Source of the DNA: Paramoeba atlantica
Taxonomy: Eukaryota; Protista; Discosea
Assembly: GCA_977017575.1 (NCBI GenBank)
Contig: CDRNVI010000053.1
Coordinates: 248,001-312,000 of the forward strand
Direction: 5' to 3'
DNA length: 64,000 bases
Made by a program: the position numbers and the translations under genes. The notes below the pieces were generated by a model, which was not told the DNA's origin, did not search any database, and worked only from the letters and a program-made list of their open reading frames with translations. Positions within the stretch are counted from its first letter, which is position 1, and each line of letters starts with the position of its first letter. Below are positions 9,821 through 21,202 of this stretch, piece after piece.

Positions 9821-12067
9821 ATGTTCGCCAGATGGAAACGTATCCTTTTCGCGTTCCCTCCCTCACTCAAAAGGATGAACGGAGCACATTCCGAAGAAAG
9901 CGGACTACACACTCCCCTACACGCGATTGCGAAACGTGGGGATAACTATACACACCTTGAAGCTGCTTATGTTCTTAAATCATTGCGTGATCTTCCTTTA
10001 ATTGGAAAAGCTGAGGAGAAAACAACTAACGGCATTACCCCTACCTCGTCCGGGAGCGACTCGGAGAAAGATTATCTCGAATATCTTCGAAACTCTCTCG
10101 CGGTTGTACGCTCCACTCTCGCCACCAAACCCCCTTCGAGTTACTCCATGACCATCTGGTCCCACTGCGTGCAACCCTGCGAGAACGCGGCCTTTGTCTC
10201 CCAAACCGAGGCCGTGGATGTGCTCACGTCCTTGAATGTCATTGGTGCGACCTCGCTGCTCATCGCCCTGGCACGGCTCGGAGTCAACGACGAGTCCCTG
10301 CTGGCACGTATCGTCGAGACTTTTAAAAAGTATCCCCATCAGCTCTCCGCACACAACATTTCGAATGCACTCAACTCTATGAGTAAACTTGAGTTCGCCC
10401 ATCAAGAGACTCTGGACGTGCTGTGCCGGGAGGGGAGAATACGAAAAAAGGATTTCACCCCACAAGGTATTGCGACCTCTCTGAATGCACTCTCACATGT
10501 TTCAATACCTCTCGCGAAGGAGGAGTTTATAGGAGCGCTGAAAGAACACACGCGAGAGACCTGTGGGAAATTTACAGGTCAAACCTCTGCGATCGTGCTG
10601 GGTGCGCTGTACCGTCTAGGAGCCGGTAAAGCCGATCGCACGGTACAGAAAGTGTTATCCCTTGCGCCACGCAGTATCCCAGGAATGGATGCTCACAGTA
10701 TTGCCTCTATTGCGCGTACGTTATCCCAATATGAAATAACAGACCCCAAATTATTTTCGCGCATCGTAAAGCGAGCCATTGAACGTATTCATGATTTCCC
10801 TCCCCAGGGGATTGTGTTTTTATTACGATTCGCTTCGGATTATGCAAATGTCGCAGAAGTTGCCACCGAACGTTCAGCTTTGCTTAATGCCTTGGTGCTA
10901 CAAATTATGCGACAGGTTCCTTCGTATAACTGTGTGAGTGTCACGGCCTCGTTGCAAGGGTTAGCAAAATGCGGAATGGTTTCAGAGGAGGCCGTCGCCC
11001 ACGCGTTGTTTACCCGAGCGATGGAGTTGCTGGAAAAAGCGTCGGAACAACAGCCCAGTAAGTTTGTCACGGACTGTGCAATTTTTGGCGGACAATCGCT
11101 CGGCATGCTGTTCGCGGGGCTGCATGATTTTCAGTACGCCAATGAGAAGTTAAGTATTGCCGCAGTTGCGCTTGCAAAGCGTTGGCTGGGGTGGTATGAG
11201 AGTGACACGGCGGTGCACCTGTTGTGGGGGCTGTCGATGATGGATCAAATTCCCGAGGCACGAGCCGAGTTAATCTCTTTAATTTATGAAAAAATTGCTC
11301 GCGAGCTGTCGTCTAAAAGCGGGAAAATGCTCTCCTCCGTGGTCACCTCCTATGAGCGGGTGGGGCTTGCCGATGAGACGTTTCTGGAGGCAATGATAGA
11401 TGCCATCAAGAGCCAGGCTGCGAGGCTAGAGCCGTATCACCTTTCTTTGATACTTACAAGTTTATATCGAATGGGATACACCGAAGTGCGGGAGCTGACA
11501 GCGCATTGCATTGCGAGTTTCTCGCTCAAGCCCCAGGAGAAGGGGAGTACCTCCCTGGTACGTTTGTTAAACATGGCAGTAGTCACGGAGATTGATATCC
11601 TACCCACCCGTTTAAACGAGCTGATCGCTCTGATTGTGCTGCAGCTTTCCCACATGTCCTGCTTTGAGATCAGTCACGCACTGCACTTTGCGAAAGTGTT
11701 TGTGCCTCTGGAGGATACCTCTCTAGCGTTGCTCTCGGAAGCGGCCAGTGCAAGGCTGCTAGAGGCACTAGGTTACGGGCTAACGTGGCCTATTGCACAA
11801 CGCTTATTGGAGTTCTACAGCTCCACGCACACTTGTCCGCCGAGTTTATTAAATAAGCTCGCAAAAAATCTCTGTAATATAGAAATTAAGAGCGTGAAAT
11901 CAGTTACGCGCACGGTTGCTGTGCTGAAGATCTTAGGAGAGCTTAGAACGAAAGATGAAACGTTTACCGAATTAGTAAAAAAGGCTTTGCTATGTGCCAA
12001 GAAATTTGGTGTCAGGGATGCTTTACCCGTACTCGAGTCTTTAGTTCCCGAATTTTCGGCCGAGTAA
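9821..12067 (+). CDS. Alpha-helical repeat protein (HPR/OPR/FASTK-like), probably mitochondrial RNA-binding
   Basis: ~37-aa helical repeats such as SAHNISNALNSMSKL, TPQGIATSLNALSHV and EPYHLSLILTSLYRMG. Confidence 0.6.
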   Translation: MFARWKRILFAFPPSLKRMNGAHSEESGLHTPLHAIAKRGDNYTHLEAAYVLKSLRDLPLIGKAEEKTTNGITPTSSGSDSEKDYLEYLRNSLAVVRSTLATKPPSSYSMTIWSHCVQPCENAAFVSQTEAVDVLTSLNVIGATSLLIALARLGVNDESLLARIVETFKKYPHQLSAHNISNALNSMSKLEFAHQETLDVLCREGRIRKKDFTPQGIATSLNALSHVSIPLAKEEFIGALKEHTRETCGKFTGQTSAIVLGALYRLGAGKADRTVQKVLSLAPRSIPGMDAHSIASIARTLSQYEITDPKLFSRIVKRAIERIHDFPPQGIVFLLRFASDYANVAEVATERSALLNALVLQIMRQVPSYNCVSVTASLQGLAKCGMVSEEAVAHALFTRAMELLEKASEQQPSKFVTDCAIFGGQSLGMLFAGLHDFQYANEKLSIAAVALAKRWLGWYESDTAVHLLWGLSMMDQIPEARAELISLIYEKIARELSSKSGKMLSSVVTSYERVGLADETFLEAMIDAIKSQAARLEPYHLSLILTSLYRMGYTEVRELTAHCIASFSLKPQEKGSTSLVRLLNMAVVTEIDILPTRLNELIALIVLQLSHMSCFEISHALHFAKVFVPLEDTSLALLSEAASARLLEALGYGLTWPIAQRLLEFYSSTHTCPPSLLNKLAKNLCNIEIKSVKSVTRTVAVLKILGELRTKDETFTELVKKALLCAKKFGVRDALPVLESLVPEFSAE

Positions 12068-12314
12068 TTCAGGATATTTTAAAAGTTTGTAGATGTTATA
12101 CACCTCAGTAGCATTTTAATTTTTAGCCCCTTTTTCGAGAGTTTAAAATATTTAATTGTTGTAAACTGAAAGTTATTATCAAGCTATTCCAAGGTTATGC
12201 TACACATTACAAAAACTTTTGAACTCTACGAAAATTTTCTCCCTAATCTACGCCGAAGACTATACGCTTCGTTCTATTATTTCCCTAATATTTATTGTAG
12301 TATCTCCATTTTCA

Positions 12315-15300
12315 ATGGTCGACGCTAAGAAGAAGAGAAAAATACTCAATGCTCGCCGGGGTTTAAGTCACGACCAGACTTCCTTTTCAACAAGCGACGA
12401 GGACAATGAAAGTCAACAACTCGACGAAAATTCTTCACGAAAGCGAGGGAAAAAAGTGTCCATGTCATTCTTCTTGCAGTGTTGCGCCCACTTTAGTGAC
12501 TCTTTGTCTCGGCACTCCAAAAAGGTACTAGAAAAGAACTTAGAGTTTGCACAGGAAAACATACACAAAAACGGTCAAGAGATAGCTATTGCCGTTTTAG
12601 GTCGTATTATAGAATCTGGCCCTGGTCGTGATCGACTTGGGGCTTGGTACCTTCTTGACGTCCTACTAAAAAAGGAGACGACTCAGTATCCTATTGCGAA
12701 AAAAATACTGCCGGTGATCCAAGATGTGATACGGTATCGCTTTGACATAGGAGATGATGATTTCGGAGCCAAATACAACACCTTACTTTCGTCATGGCGC
12801 GCACTCCTTGAGCCATCAATATATGCAGCTTGGTATGATGCTACACGATATGCTATGAAGCACCATGGCGAGCAGCTTGCCCTTTCAGAAGAAGTTCGCC
12901 GTTTCTTATTCTTACATAAGGCATACGTTGTAGAGCAACTTCGACGACTCCGACAGCCGGCTAAAGTGAGATGGGCCATTGGCATTTACGAAATATACGG
13001 CCTTAAATTTAGTGAAAAAGAGAATGAACCGGAGTTGCTGGAAACCCTGAACCAGAAGAAAGCGTTGGTAGAGGCGGAGGAACTGCGAAGAGCACATGCA
13101 ACTCTAAAAAGCGTTAGATTTTGCGCGAATTGTCGTGTCCCAGGACACAGGATTGGAAAATGCCCGGAACACTTTTGCAATTTATGTTTGTCTATTGGAC
13201 ATGCAATTGAAAATTGCACAACACAACATAAGTGTCCCTACTGCCAGCAGACGCTTCATCCATCCCTTGAAATGAAAACTGGGAAAGCAAAGCTTTTTAA
13301 GCATGTCCGAGAGGGTTGTGCGAACCAAACGACGTTCGCGATAGAAACTTTGCAGAAACTTGGCTTCCCGTGGAAGAAATATGTAATGAAACAATCCACT
13401 TTATTGGATGAGGTAATTAAAAAGATTCGCCAAGACCGAACTATGGAGGAGGGTCTCCGGAAAGATGCACTAAATCAATCAGCTCTCATTCTCCACAGTT
13501 TTGGGATTTTGCGGCGTCATGGTAGCCTCGAATTCTTGGAGGAAGCAAGGGATCCAATCATGTTTCTTGTTTCCAATCCTCCGCTGTGTACTCTGACTGA
13601 GGTGGAGGAAAGCGGAACTACAGCCATGATAGATGTACGTTTGACAGAGTGCGCTTCGAATCGTGAATTGCTCCGTATGCTATCTAATCGTTACAAACAA
13701 GTCATAGAGAATCTTCTTTTTTATGTGGCACATGACTCACTCACTACCGCAGATGTGGAAGCTATTGAAACTACAAAACGTTTTCAATTGTATTTGGGCT
13801 ATGCCAATCCGAAAAATGCAAAAACGTTTGACGCATATGTTGAGGCACTCTCACGTCAAGGCATCCGTCCAGAACAACTTCGAGAGGCTTTAACACGAAC
13901 CCATGCCCTCTCGGATAATCTCTGCATTCATTGCCTGAGTCGCGTTCATTTCAGTACGGATTGTCCATCACGAGTACAGGACGAACTTCGCTATGATCAG
14001 CGACTCGCGGTGAACTGTCTCACCCGTTTTGGCTGGCAGACCGAACATCAACCGAACCTGGAGAAATGGAACCGAAAAATACAACAATCAAGTGATATCT
14101 TGAGCCCCTCCCAAACCGTTGAACTTTCTATGGCAACATCAATAGTGACTGATCCACTGGATCCCGTACCCTACTGTACGGAGTGCAGAATGTATCGTCA
14201 TTCAGAATCACGATGCCATAAACGTGCACTGCAATTCCTTGAATCACATGACATTCGTCTTTGTGAAATTCTGTTCTTTCCTTGGAAGGTGTCGGAAATG
14301 CTAGAAAAATGGTATGACCGTGACAAGGAACTCTGGGAAAGAATGTACACTGCCGTAGAGCTCTATGTTCCGGAAAAAGAGCCAAACGCCTTTATTGTGG
14401 CAGCCGAACTTTTAGACGCATGTGGTCTCAAGTTACAAACGATTCAATACTACTTGTCTAGTGTAGAGCGCGCATTGCATCATCCTGGGCTATTGGATGT
14501 CCTGTCCGGGACGTACCTTAACGCAACCGGTAAGAAGCTTACCCTTCCGTCCCTGAAATACGCCTTTAGTGTAGTCACTTCATCTGGTTTCCCAACGTTG
14601 TGTTACGCTTGTGGTGATGTTGGTCATCAAGTCGACGGCTGCCCCCAACCACCACGGTACATGAAGCATCTCATCCAACGAGCTCGGGAAGTGGCACGCC
14701 ACAGTGTCCAGCTTTTAGAACGCTGCATTCGTCGGGATACCACGGGAGCAAAAGAAACAATGCCCGAGGACACACGCCGCGCAGTAGAAGACCTTTTTGC
14801 CTGTGTCCAGAATCTGCGACCCACGGCTGAGGTTCTGATCTACGGCACTCATCACATGGAGGATTTACAGGAGGCATTCTTTGTCCTACGATCCCACGGT
14901 CTTACCTGGGAGGATGTTATCAACGACGATCCCTGTGTGCATTCTCTGCTTCGTACACTCTATCACAACCGCAGCTCGCACCTTCGTGACGTTGAACAGG
15001 CGCTTGACGTTCTGCGCCACTGCCCCAACCGTCCCCCATTTTGTACACACTGTCAACATGTGGGCCACCTCCCCACGTCATGTCCTCTTTTGCAACCCCC
15101 ACCCCTCGAGCCCATCGTCCGCAGCATGGACAAAGCTCTTGAAGCTCTTCCCCTCACTGTCGATGAAATCTACGAAAGCACCCCTGAAGCCGTCTACCAA
15201 ATCCAGAAAAACGCTCGCAAGACTGCAATGAAAACCATGTCTGCCTTCCCCCCGACCCTTCAACACGCCATGGCCGCACAACAGGCTTTACTCCAGGAAA

Positions 15301-15896
15301 ATCTCCTCCAACACGTTTGCAAACTCGATCGTGAAAGTGTCCTCCTTTCCCCTTCCTCGAACAATACAACAACAACAACAAAAGAACCACAATGCACAAA
15401 GCGCCCTTTGTTGCGTCTCCCTCTCTCCCTCTCTCACTACCAAACGGCAATGCGCGAACTCACCTCTCACCAAACCCTCTCCCCCTCTCGAGTCATACTG
15501 TGTCCCTGGCTGGTGCTTCCGGGTCTAACGCGTCTCACACCCCCAAACAGCGAATCCTCGTTTTCTCCTTTTTCTCCTTTTTCTTTTTTTTCTCCTTCTC
15601 TTTCCTTAAACCTTATCCCTTCACTTTCCATCTTATTCCATGCCCGGGGCTGTTCCCGGGACCCGGAGCAGGCGAGGCTGCTGCTTCACCTCTGCGGGGT
15701 CCTGGGGAGCTACCCCGTGATCTCGTTGATCCGCGGGAGGTATGCCACCGACAGGGAGGTGGTACGGGAGGCCGAGGCGACCCTGCGTCAGGGGTTTCCC
15801 GGGGTGGGGCACCCCGCAAGGCGACTGGCGTTTGAGGCCGTCCATTTGCTGTATAGGAAAATGGGGGGAGTGGAGGAAGCGGGGGGGGGGGAGTGA
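12315..15896 (+). CDS. CID (CTD-interacting) domain plus multiple CCHC zinc-knuckle protein (ORF open from 12219)
   Basis: SKK..AQEN..EIA..RLGAWYLLDVLLK..LLSSW resembles the Pcf11/Nrd1 CID. Six CX2CX4HX4C knuckles are present, e.g. CANCRVPGHRIGKC and CYACGDVGHQVDGC. Confidence 0.65.
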   Translation: MVDAKKKRKILNARRGLSHDQTSFSTSDEDNESQQLDENSSRKRGKKVSMSFFLQCCAHFSDSLSRHSKKVLEKNLEFAQENIHKNGQEIAIAVLGRIIESGPGRDRLGAWYLLDVLLKKETTQYPIAKKILPVIQDVIRYRFDIGDDDFGAKYNTLLSSWRALLEPSIYAAWYDATRYAMKHHGEQLALSEEVRRFLFLHKAYVVEQLRRLRQPAKVRWAIGIYEIYGLKFSEKENEPELLETLNQKKALVEAEELRRAHATLKSVRFCANCRVPGHRIGKCPEHFCNLCLSIGHAIENCTTQHKCPYCQQTLHPSLEMKTGKAKLFKHVREGCANQTTFAIETLQKLGFPWKKYVMKQSTLLDEVIKKIRQDRTMEEGLRKDALNQSALILHSFGILRRHGSLEFLEEARDPIMFLVSNPPLCTLTEVEESGTTAMIDVRLTECASNRELLRMLSNRYKQVIENLLFYVAHDSLTTADVEAIETTKRFQLYLGYANPKNAKTFDAYVEALSRQGIRPEQLREALTRTHALSDNLCIHCLSRVHFSTDCPSRVQDELRYDQRLAVNCLTRFGWQTEHQPNLEKWNRKIQQSSDILSPSQTVELSMATSIVTDPLDPVPYCTECRMYRHSESRCHKRALQFLESHDIRLCEILFFPWKVSEMLEKWYDRDKELWERMYTAVELYVPEKEPNAFIVAAELLDACGLKLQTIQYYLSSVERALHHPGLLDVLSGTYLNATGKKLTLPSLKYAFSVVTSSGFPTLCYACGDVGHQVDGCPQPPRYMKHLIQRAREVARHSVQLLERCIRRDTTGAKETMPEDTRRAVEDLFACVQNLRPTAEVLIYGTHHMEDLQEAFFVLRSHGLTWEDVINDDPCVHSLLRTLYHNRSSHLRDVEQALDVLRHCPNRPPFCTHCQHVGHLPTSCPLLQPPPLEPIVRSMDKALEALPLTVDEIYESTPEAVYQIQKNARKTAMKTMSAFPPTLQHAMAAQQALLQENLLQHVCKLDRESVLLSPSSNNTTTTTKEPQCTKRPLLRLPLSLSHYQTAMRELTSHQTLSPSRVILCPWLVLPGLTRLTPPNSESSFSPFSPFSFFSPSLSLNLIPSLSILFHARGCSRDPEQARLLLHLCGVLGSYPVISLIRGRYATDREVVREAEATLRQGFPGVGHPARRLAFEAVHLLYRKMGGVEEAGGGE

Positions 15897-16234
15897 AGGA
15901 GGTAAGAGGGTGATGGGGTTCCGGCAGGGAAAGGGGTAGAGAGGGATTCGGGGGGGGGGGGTAGAAACGGGGAATGGGATGGGTTAGTCTATGTTTACGG
16001 GAGGGGGATATGGATGGGATACAATCAAGCCTGTGGGATTTCGCAATTCTTTTTTTCAAAGGGGGGATTTGTACTCCCCTTTTCACCTTAAACTTTACTC
16101 ACACTGTTCTTACCCTAGTTTATAAAAATTGCCGAGCAAACATCACTATCCTCCAGTACAAAATACATTGTTTTATAGTAAAAGAAGAAGATAGCTACAC
16201 AACGCGAGCCCTCTTTTTCTTCCGTTTCCCTCCC

Positions 16235-16876
16235 ATGCAACCCACCTTCCCTCTCTTCACCCTCTCCTCCACCCCCATCCTCTCCCGCGCCCCCTCCCGT
16301 CCCAACACCGTCTGGGGGCTCAAGCCCCAGTCCTGGACGGATTTCGCGTGCCCGACACGTCTCGTGAACTGGGGCAAGCAATCCACCCCGGACTACAACG
16401 TGCGGATCGCCGAGCACGGCTTCGGGTCCTCCCCCAGCTTCGAGGGGCTCGCGGTGCTCCCGCAGGAGTTTGCCTCCCGCTTCGGGATGCTCAAAGACTC
16501 CCCCCACGGGCTACGGTTCTGCACGAACGAGACCATGGCGCTCCGGGTGTGTATGGCACAGCGGGGGGAGTGTGACGCCCAGCACAGTGCGTTAAACTCC
16601 TGTCTCCAGCGTGTCCGACCGCTGCGGAACGCCATACGAAGTGCCAAGGCGGATTACGAGGACTGGTTCCTCGCGAATACCAGTGATAATTACACCAAAC
16701 CGCTGATGCATCGTCCACAGGACTGGATGGCACAGCGTGCCGCGGAGTTTCGTACCATGCGGCACAGGACGGGGTCGCTGACGTGGCAGCGGTACCCGAA
16801 GACGTTTAAGTGGTTGTCGTACCGCACCCGGGAGGCAGGATTTAGCAAGAGAGCACGGTACCCGTGTAATGCGTAG
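16235..16876 (+). CDS. mS37: Mitoribosomal small-subunit protein mS37, kinetoplastid type
   Basis: GLKP..DF..PT.LVNWG, ETMALRVCMA, DWF..N.SDN.TKP..HRP.DW and a C-terminal KR.R.P match my recollection of the trypanosome mS37 sequence. Carries a CHCH-like Cys pattern. Confidence 0.7.
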   Translation: MQPTFPLFTLSSTPILSRAPSRPNTVWGLKPQSWTDFACPTRLVNWGKQSTPDYNVRIAEHGFGSSPSFEGLAVLPQEFASRFGMLKDSPHGLRFCTNETMALRVCMAQRGECDAQHSALNSCLQRVRPLRNAIRSAKADYEDWFLANTSDNYTKPLMHRPQDWMAQRAAEFRTMRHRTGSLTWQRYPKTFKWLSYRTREAGFSKRARYPCNA

Positions 16877-17134
16877 GGCTCCTGGGTTGTTAGACGAAAA
16901 TATCGCAAAATGTACCCCGTCGGTGTGTGAAAACAGGTCAAGAATCAGAATTATCTGCATGTGCATAGTGTAAGAGCCAGATCATTTTTATGATGTGTGT
17001 GCAGTGTAAATGATAATTGAGATACGCGAGCAAAAGAAAATAAGGCAAAAAATCATGCCAAACCTGATCAATGAATCATGATTGAAACACTTCATCTGTC
17101 AAACACATGTTTCCCCTAACTTTTTTTACTTGCA

Positions 17135-17776
17135 ATGACAACCTCAGCTTCCTCTTCCCTACCCCGTCCTGCTTCACGCGACGCTAATTTCGATTGTAAC
17201 ATTTGTCTCGACCCTGCGAGTGACCCCGTGGTGACGCGCTGTGGTCATCTCTACTGCTGGCGGTGTCTCGCCTCGTGGCTGACACGGCAGTCGGACTGTC
17301 CGGTGTGTAAAGGGGCTGTGCGGGTTCACGAGTGTGTGCCGTTGTATGGGCGAGGGAGAGAACGGGGCCATTTGCCTCCCCATGCCTTTCACCATGATCA
17401 CCCAAGTACGGACCCCGGAAGCAGCCGTCATGGAGAAAATAATGCAGATAATGCGGAAGCTCCACCGGTACACGAGGACCGACCACAAGGGTTTCGTCGT
17501 CCGCCGATTCGGCAGAGATTTCGACCCGAGATATTTGGTGGATGGGGTGACGAAAACGGATTGGGGAGGCCGCTCCACGGGGGGCTGGCAGGGTTTACGT
17601 TCTTCTTCCTACCCTCCGTTTCGTGGCTAAGCTTTTTGCTGCTATTGGGGCTAGGATGGCAGTATTATGTACGTCACAGAGCAGGGCGGATGCACCGTGG
17701 TTGGATCGTGGCGGGTATGGTACTCGCTTTTCTGCTGTTGATGTGCTTGATCTGGTTAACGGAGTTTGACGAGTAG
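17135..17776 (+). CDS. RNF5/RNF185/RMA1-like membrane-anchored RING E3 ligase
   Basis: [29 protein letters not shown]...VPLYGRG, plus two C-terminal hydrophobic segments. Confidence 0.85.
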   Translation: MTTSASSSLPRPASRDANFDCNICLDPASDPVVTRCGHLYCWRCLASWLTRQSDCPVCKGAVRVHECVPLYGRGRERGHLPPHAFHHDHPSTDPGSSRHGENNADNAEAPPVHEDRPQGFRRPPIRQRFRPEIFGGWGDENGLGRPLHGGLAGFTFFFLPSVSWLSFLLLLGLGWQYYVRHRAGRMHRGWIVAGMVLAFLLLMCLIWLTEFDE

Positions 17777-18304
17777 GGAACTTGTAAATAGAACGAAATT
17801 GGGATGTCTTTGATGTGTACAAAGAGTCAGTCACCGTTTACATCATCTCGTCTTAACTTGTATCGGCGGCGATGAAGATCTCACATCGTTTGCCGTGGTT
17901 TCACCTTTTCTCAGTTAAACTGAGATGCTCCGGAAGCGCGCATTGTTTCTTTTCCAGAAACCTATTTGAAACCTGTTTGGTAACTCGATTCACACTTTCA
18001 AACTTTTGACCAGAGGTACGACGGCTACCTCGCTCGGTAAGCAGCAAAAAGTACTATTTTGAAAAACCAAGGAGACTGTTCATGTCTTCATTGGTATGAA
18101 TTGGCATGAGTACATGTTTTCGCTTTTTGCTAGCCATGTTTTTGCTTTTTACTCCACTGTCCTTTTTAGTAAAACTGTATGTCCGCGTTTACTGAAAAAT
18201 ATAGCCGAGTTTGTAATTTCTACACTCAAAAACGTATTCGATTCAAATTTAAGCGTTTACTTTAATAGTTAACGTGTTGTCTTTGTCGCGCACGTTTCTC
18301 CAAA

Positions 18305-20893
18305 ATGACCGATCACACCCCAGACTCCAGTTCCCAAAAGAGTACCCCACTTTGGAACTCCAGCACAAGTACGAAATGCTCTTGTTGCAGTGAATTTGTG
18401 TGCCGAAATCAACGCAGCATCCCACGTAAGGAATCGATTCGTCAAGCACTCAAGGATCTTGAACTACACACCTCACACTATGCGATTCGACAAAAGACTC
18501 TTCTACGGCGTTGCGTCGACGAAGAAAGTCAAATCCGAGATCGTATGCTAAAAGCCACTGGGGCCTTTTTTGAAAAAGCGCACAAGATGAAACATACGGA
18601 TGAATTGCTTGTATCCAAAGTCGTTGAGGTAGAGACCTTGTTTAGGGATGAAATCATGCTCCGATTTGTTCAGAATTTGGAGAACGTGTGGATTCACTTT
18701 TCAAAAAAGCACTATGAGGCCATAATGAGAGAGAAATCTAGGAAGTTTCGGGTTCAAACGATACTAGAAGAAAGATCTGCTTTTGAAGGACTACTGGGAG
18801 CGCATCAGCAGAGAAAAGCAATCCTTAGTCTCCTTGAGGTTGAAAAATTAGCTCGTCAATCCATTGATGACGCGGAAGCAGATGAATATTGCGACCTCTC
18901 AAGCGCATTCCTTCAAATAAAGTCACTTTACGCGAAAATTCCCGAAGCTACATCAGAAGAGATAGTTCGACGTCACGAAATTGTGAAAGAAGAGGACAAG
19001 CTTAGACAATTGTGGGGACAGGAATTTCATCGTCGCAAGCTTCACATCGAGCAAATAGCTGTACGTCATCGCGAAGAGAGATCTACCTGTGAATGGCTCT
19101 ATGTTAATCAGCGTACAATCATCGAGCGCGAGGCACACCGCTTTTTCGAACGGTGCATTGTTGATTTTGCAGCTGAAAAGAGTTTAATTCTGGAACGCGC
19201 CGAGGATTTTCGAAAAATGCGAAAGGAGCTCGTGCAGCTAGAAAATCAGCACAGGAAAAGTATTGCCGAAGAAGAACACGAAGCAGTCAGCACATTAAAT
19301 CGCTTATTCAGTGTAGAAACGGAGAACGTGTGGAAACAGCTTGTGGAACGTGCAGCAAGGCACAAAGGTCAACGCGGCGTACTCGAAGCAGTAGAACAAG
19401 AAGGTCGTGCGCTAGTACTCGACGAAATGCATTTAGAGCATAAGTTTATCGAAGAGTGTATCTTGCCATGTTCACGGGATCTTATTCCCCTGTACTGCCA
19501 AATTAAAAAATTGCTCTTTACATCCTCGTGGGCCGCCTTCGTCTGTAGTACACATTTGGATCTTCCGCTGCAACACTTTGCTGCAAGTTTATCCGAATTG
19601 AAATTACTCGAACAAAAAGAGCGCGAACTCACACAGCAGCGTATAATCCAGCGAGCAAACGCTAGGCTCAGTTTGTTTGAGGAAGAGGCCAAGGTACGAG
19701 AGCAGCTAATGAAAGAGTGGGAATGGCATCACTGCAATCTGCTACACAACGAGCAAACTGTGAGAGACATGCTGCGTGAGGCTGCGGCTACACGTGTCAC
19801 TTTCATTGCATTGGAGTTCGAGCATCGCAAGGAACTTGTTAAATTTGAATGTGACTCCTTCACTTCCATAATGGAGGAAATGCTTCTCGATGCATTGCAT
19901 CGCAAAGAATGGTTGAAGGAATGGGCAGATAAGGTTTGTACAGTATCAGACGCCTACCACTCGCAACATGGCGAATTTGCAAAGTCAATTTATGAAAAGT
20001 ATGAGTTACTGCTGCAAACAGAGAAAAACGACCGAGAAGAAACTTTGCACAAATTATTTATAAAAGAGTGCAGCGCCGCGAAAATGAGCTTAGCCACGGA
20101 AGAGCATGTCAACCGCTCTGGTCTAATACAGTCGAGCGAAAAAGCTATCCAAGAACTATTCGAAGGATTAGCTGCGGCGATTCGTCAAGAAATCGAGCTT
20201 CTCTACAAGCGACATTGTGCTGAGCAGGAGGAGTTTTTACTCTACGAGGGGACGTTGCGACAAAAGGTACGGATTAGTCAAGAAAAAGAATGGAAAGCTA
20301 TACGCCACGATGCGACTACTCAACAAGAAAAGGTGAAGGCGTTGGAGTGGGAACGCCGACGAAACGAAATCATGACTCGATTGGCAGAGCAACCTCGAGC
20401 AGAACACAACCATGAGGAAGATATTTACGTTCCTCGAATCCTCACCGAGTCGCATCAAATACTCATGGATCAGTGCTCGTTGTCTCGCCCAGATGCGGAG
20501 GATATGGAGGATGAGGTGGCGCATTATATTGTAGTACTCTTGCAGCGCGCACGGAATTTCGAAAAAGATGCGAAGTCGCGCCGTGATACCCTCCAGCAGC
20601 AGTGTGAACAGCTCCGACGTGAGATTCAAAGCGTCAGTGCAATGCAAATGGAGCAGTTGGAGACCACACGGAAAGCAGAAGAACAGTCGATACTTTTAAG
20701 AGAGCGCTCGGAAGCACGACTGGATGCTGCATACGGAAACAAAAAAAAACAAGAGCAGCAGATCACTGTGGAAGAAAACCTACGGGCGGAGACCAATAGG
20801 AAATTACAAACTTTGAGATCGGAGCTGGAGGATAAAAAGGCTGAAAAGCATCAATCGATAATGAGGGTAGTTCGAGGGAAATCCGTAAAATAA
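18305..20893 (+). CDS. Long coiled-coil hypothetical protein
   Basis: 862-aa ORF rich in E/R/K/L with heptad character and EExxR motifs. No domain recognised. Confidence 0.7.
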   Translation: MTDHTPDSSSQKSTPLWNSSTSTKCSCCSEFVCRNQRSIPRKESIRQALKDLELHTSHYAIRQKTLLRRCVDEESQIRDRMLKATGAFFEKAHKMKHTDELLVSKVVEVETLFRDEIMLRFVQNLENVWIHFSKKHYEAIMREKSRKFRVQTILEERSAFEGLLGAHQQRKAILSLLEVEKLARQSIDDAEADEYCDLSSAFLQIKSLYAKIPEATSEEIVRRHEIVKEEDKLRQLWGQEFHRRKLHIEQIAVRHREERSTCEWLYVNQRTIIEREAHRFFERCIVDFAAEKSLILERAEDFRKMRKELVQLENQHRKSIAEEEHEAVSTLNRLFSVETENVWKQLVERAARHKGQRGVLEAVEQEGRALVLDEMHLEHKFIEECILPCSRDLIPLYCQIKKLLFTSSWAAFVCSTHLDLPLQHFAASLSELKLLEQKERELTQQRIIQRANARLSLFEEEAKVREQLMKEWEWHHCNLLHNEQTVRDMLREAAATRVTFIALEFEHRKELVKFECDSFTSIMEEMLLDALHRKEWLKEWADKVCTVSDAYHSQHGEFAKSIYEKYELLLQTEKNDREETLHKLFIKECSAAKMSLATEEHVNRSGLIQSSEKAIQELFEGLAAAIRQEIELLYKRHCAEQEEFLLYEGTLRQKVRISQEKEWKAIRHDATTQQEKVKALEWERRRNEIMTRLAEQPRAEHNHEEDIYVPRILTESHQILMDQCSLSRPDAEDMEDEVAHYIVVLLQRARNFEKDAKSRRDTLQQQCEQLRREIQSVSAMQMEQLETTRKAEEQSILLRERSEARLDAAYGNKKKQEQQITVEENLRAETNRKLQTLRSELEDKKAEKHQSIMRVVRGKSVK

Positions 20894-21202
20894 CATTATT
20901 CCTGTTGAATAACTAAACTTCTCGTCACGTTTCTGAAAGAAATAGATTACTATCCATCTAGATACAGTTTGGTCCCACTTTCCTTAGATTACTTGTCATA
21001 GATGAAAACAGGGGTGTATTTATTCGTGTAATGCAATACAATACAAAGGAAATATTTTGACTAACACGCTACACGTGTACTAACCACACTTTACTTGAGT
21101 GTACGACAGATTTTTCGTGAGTTGGTTCTAAAAAAATAGTTTCTTTAGTTAGTACCTACTGCATTAGAAAACGTACCCCCTTCATGCGTGCATTTCAATC
21201 CT

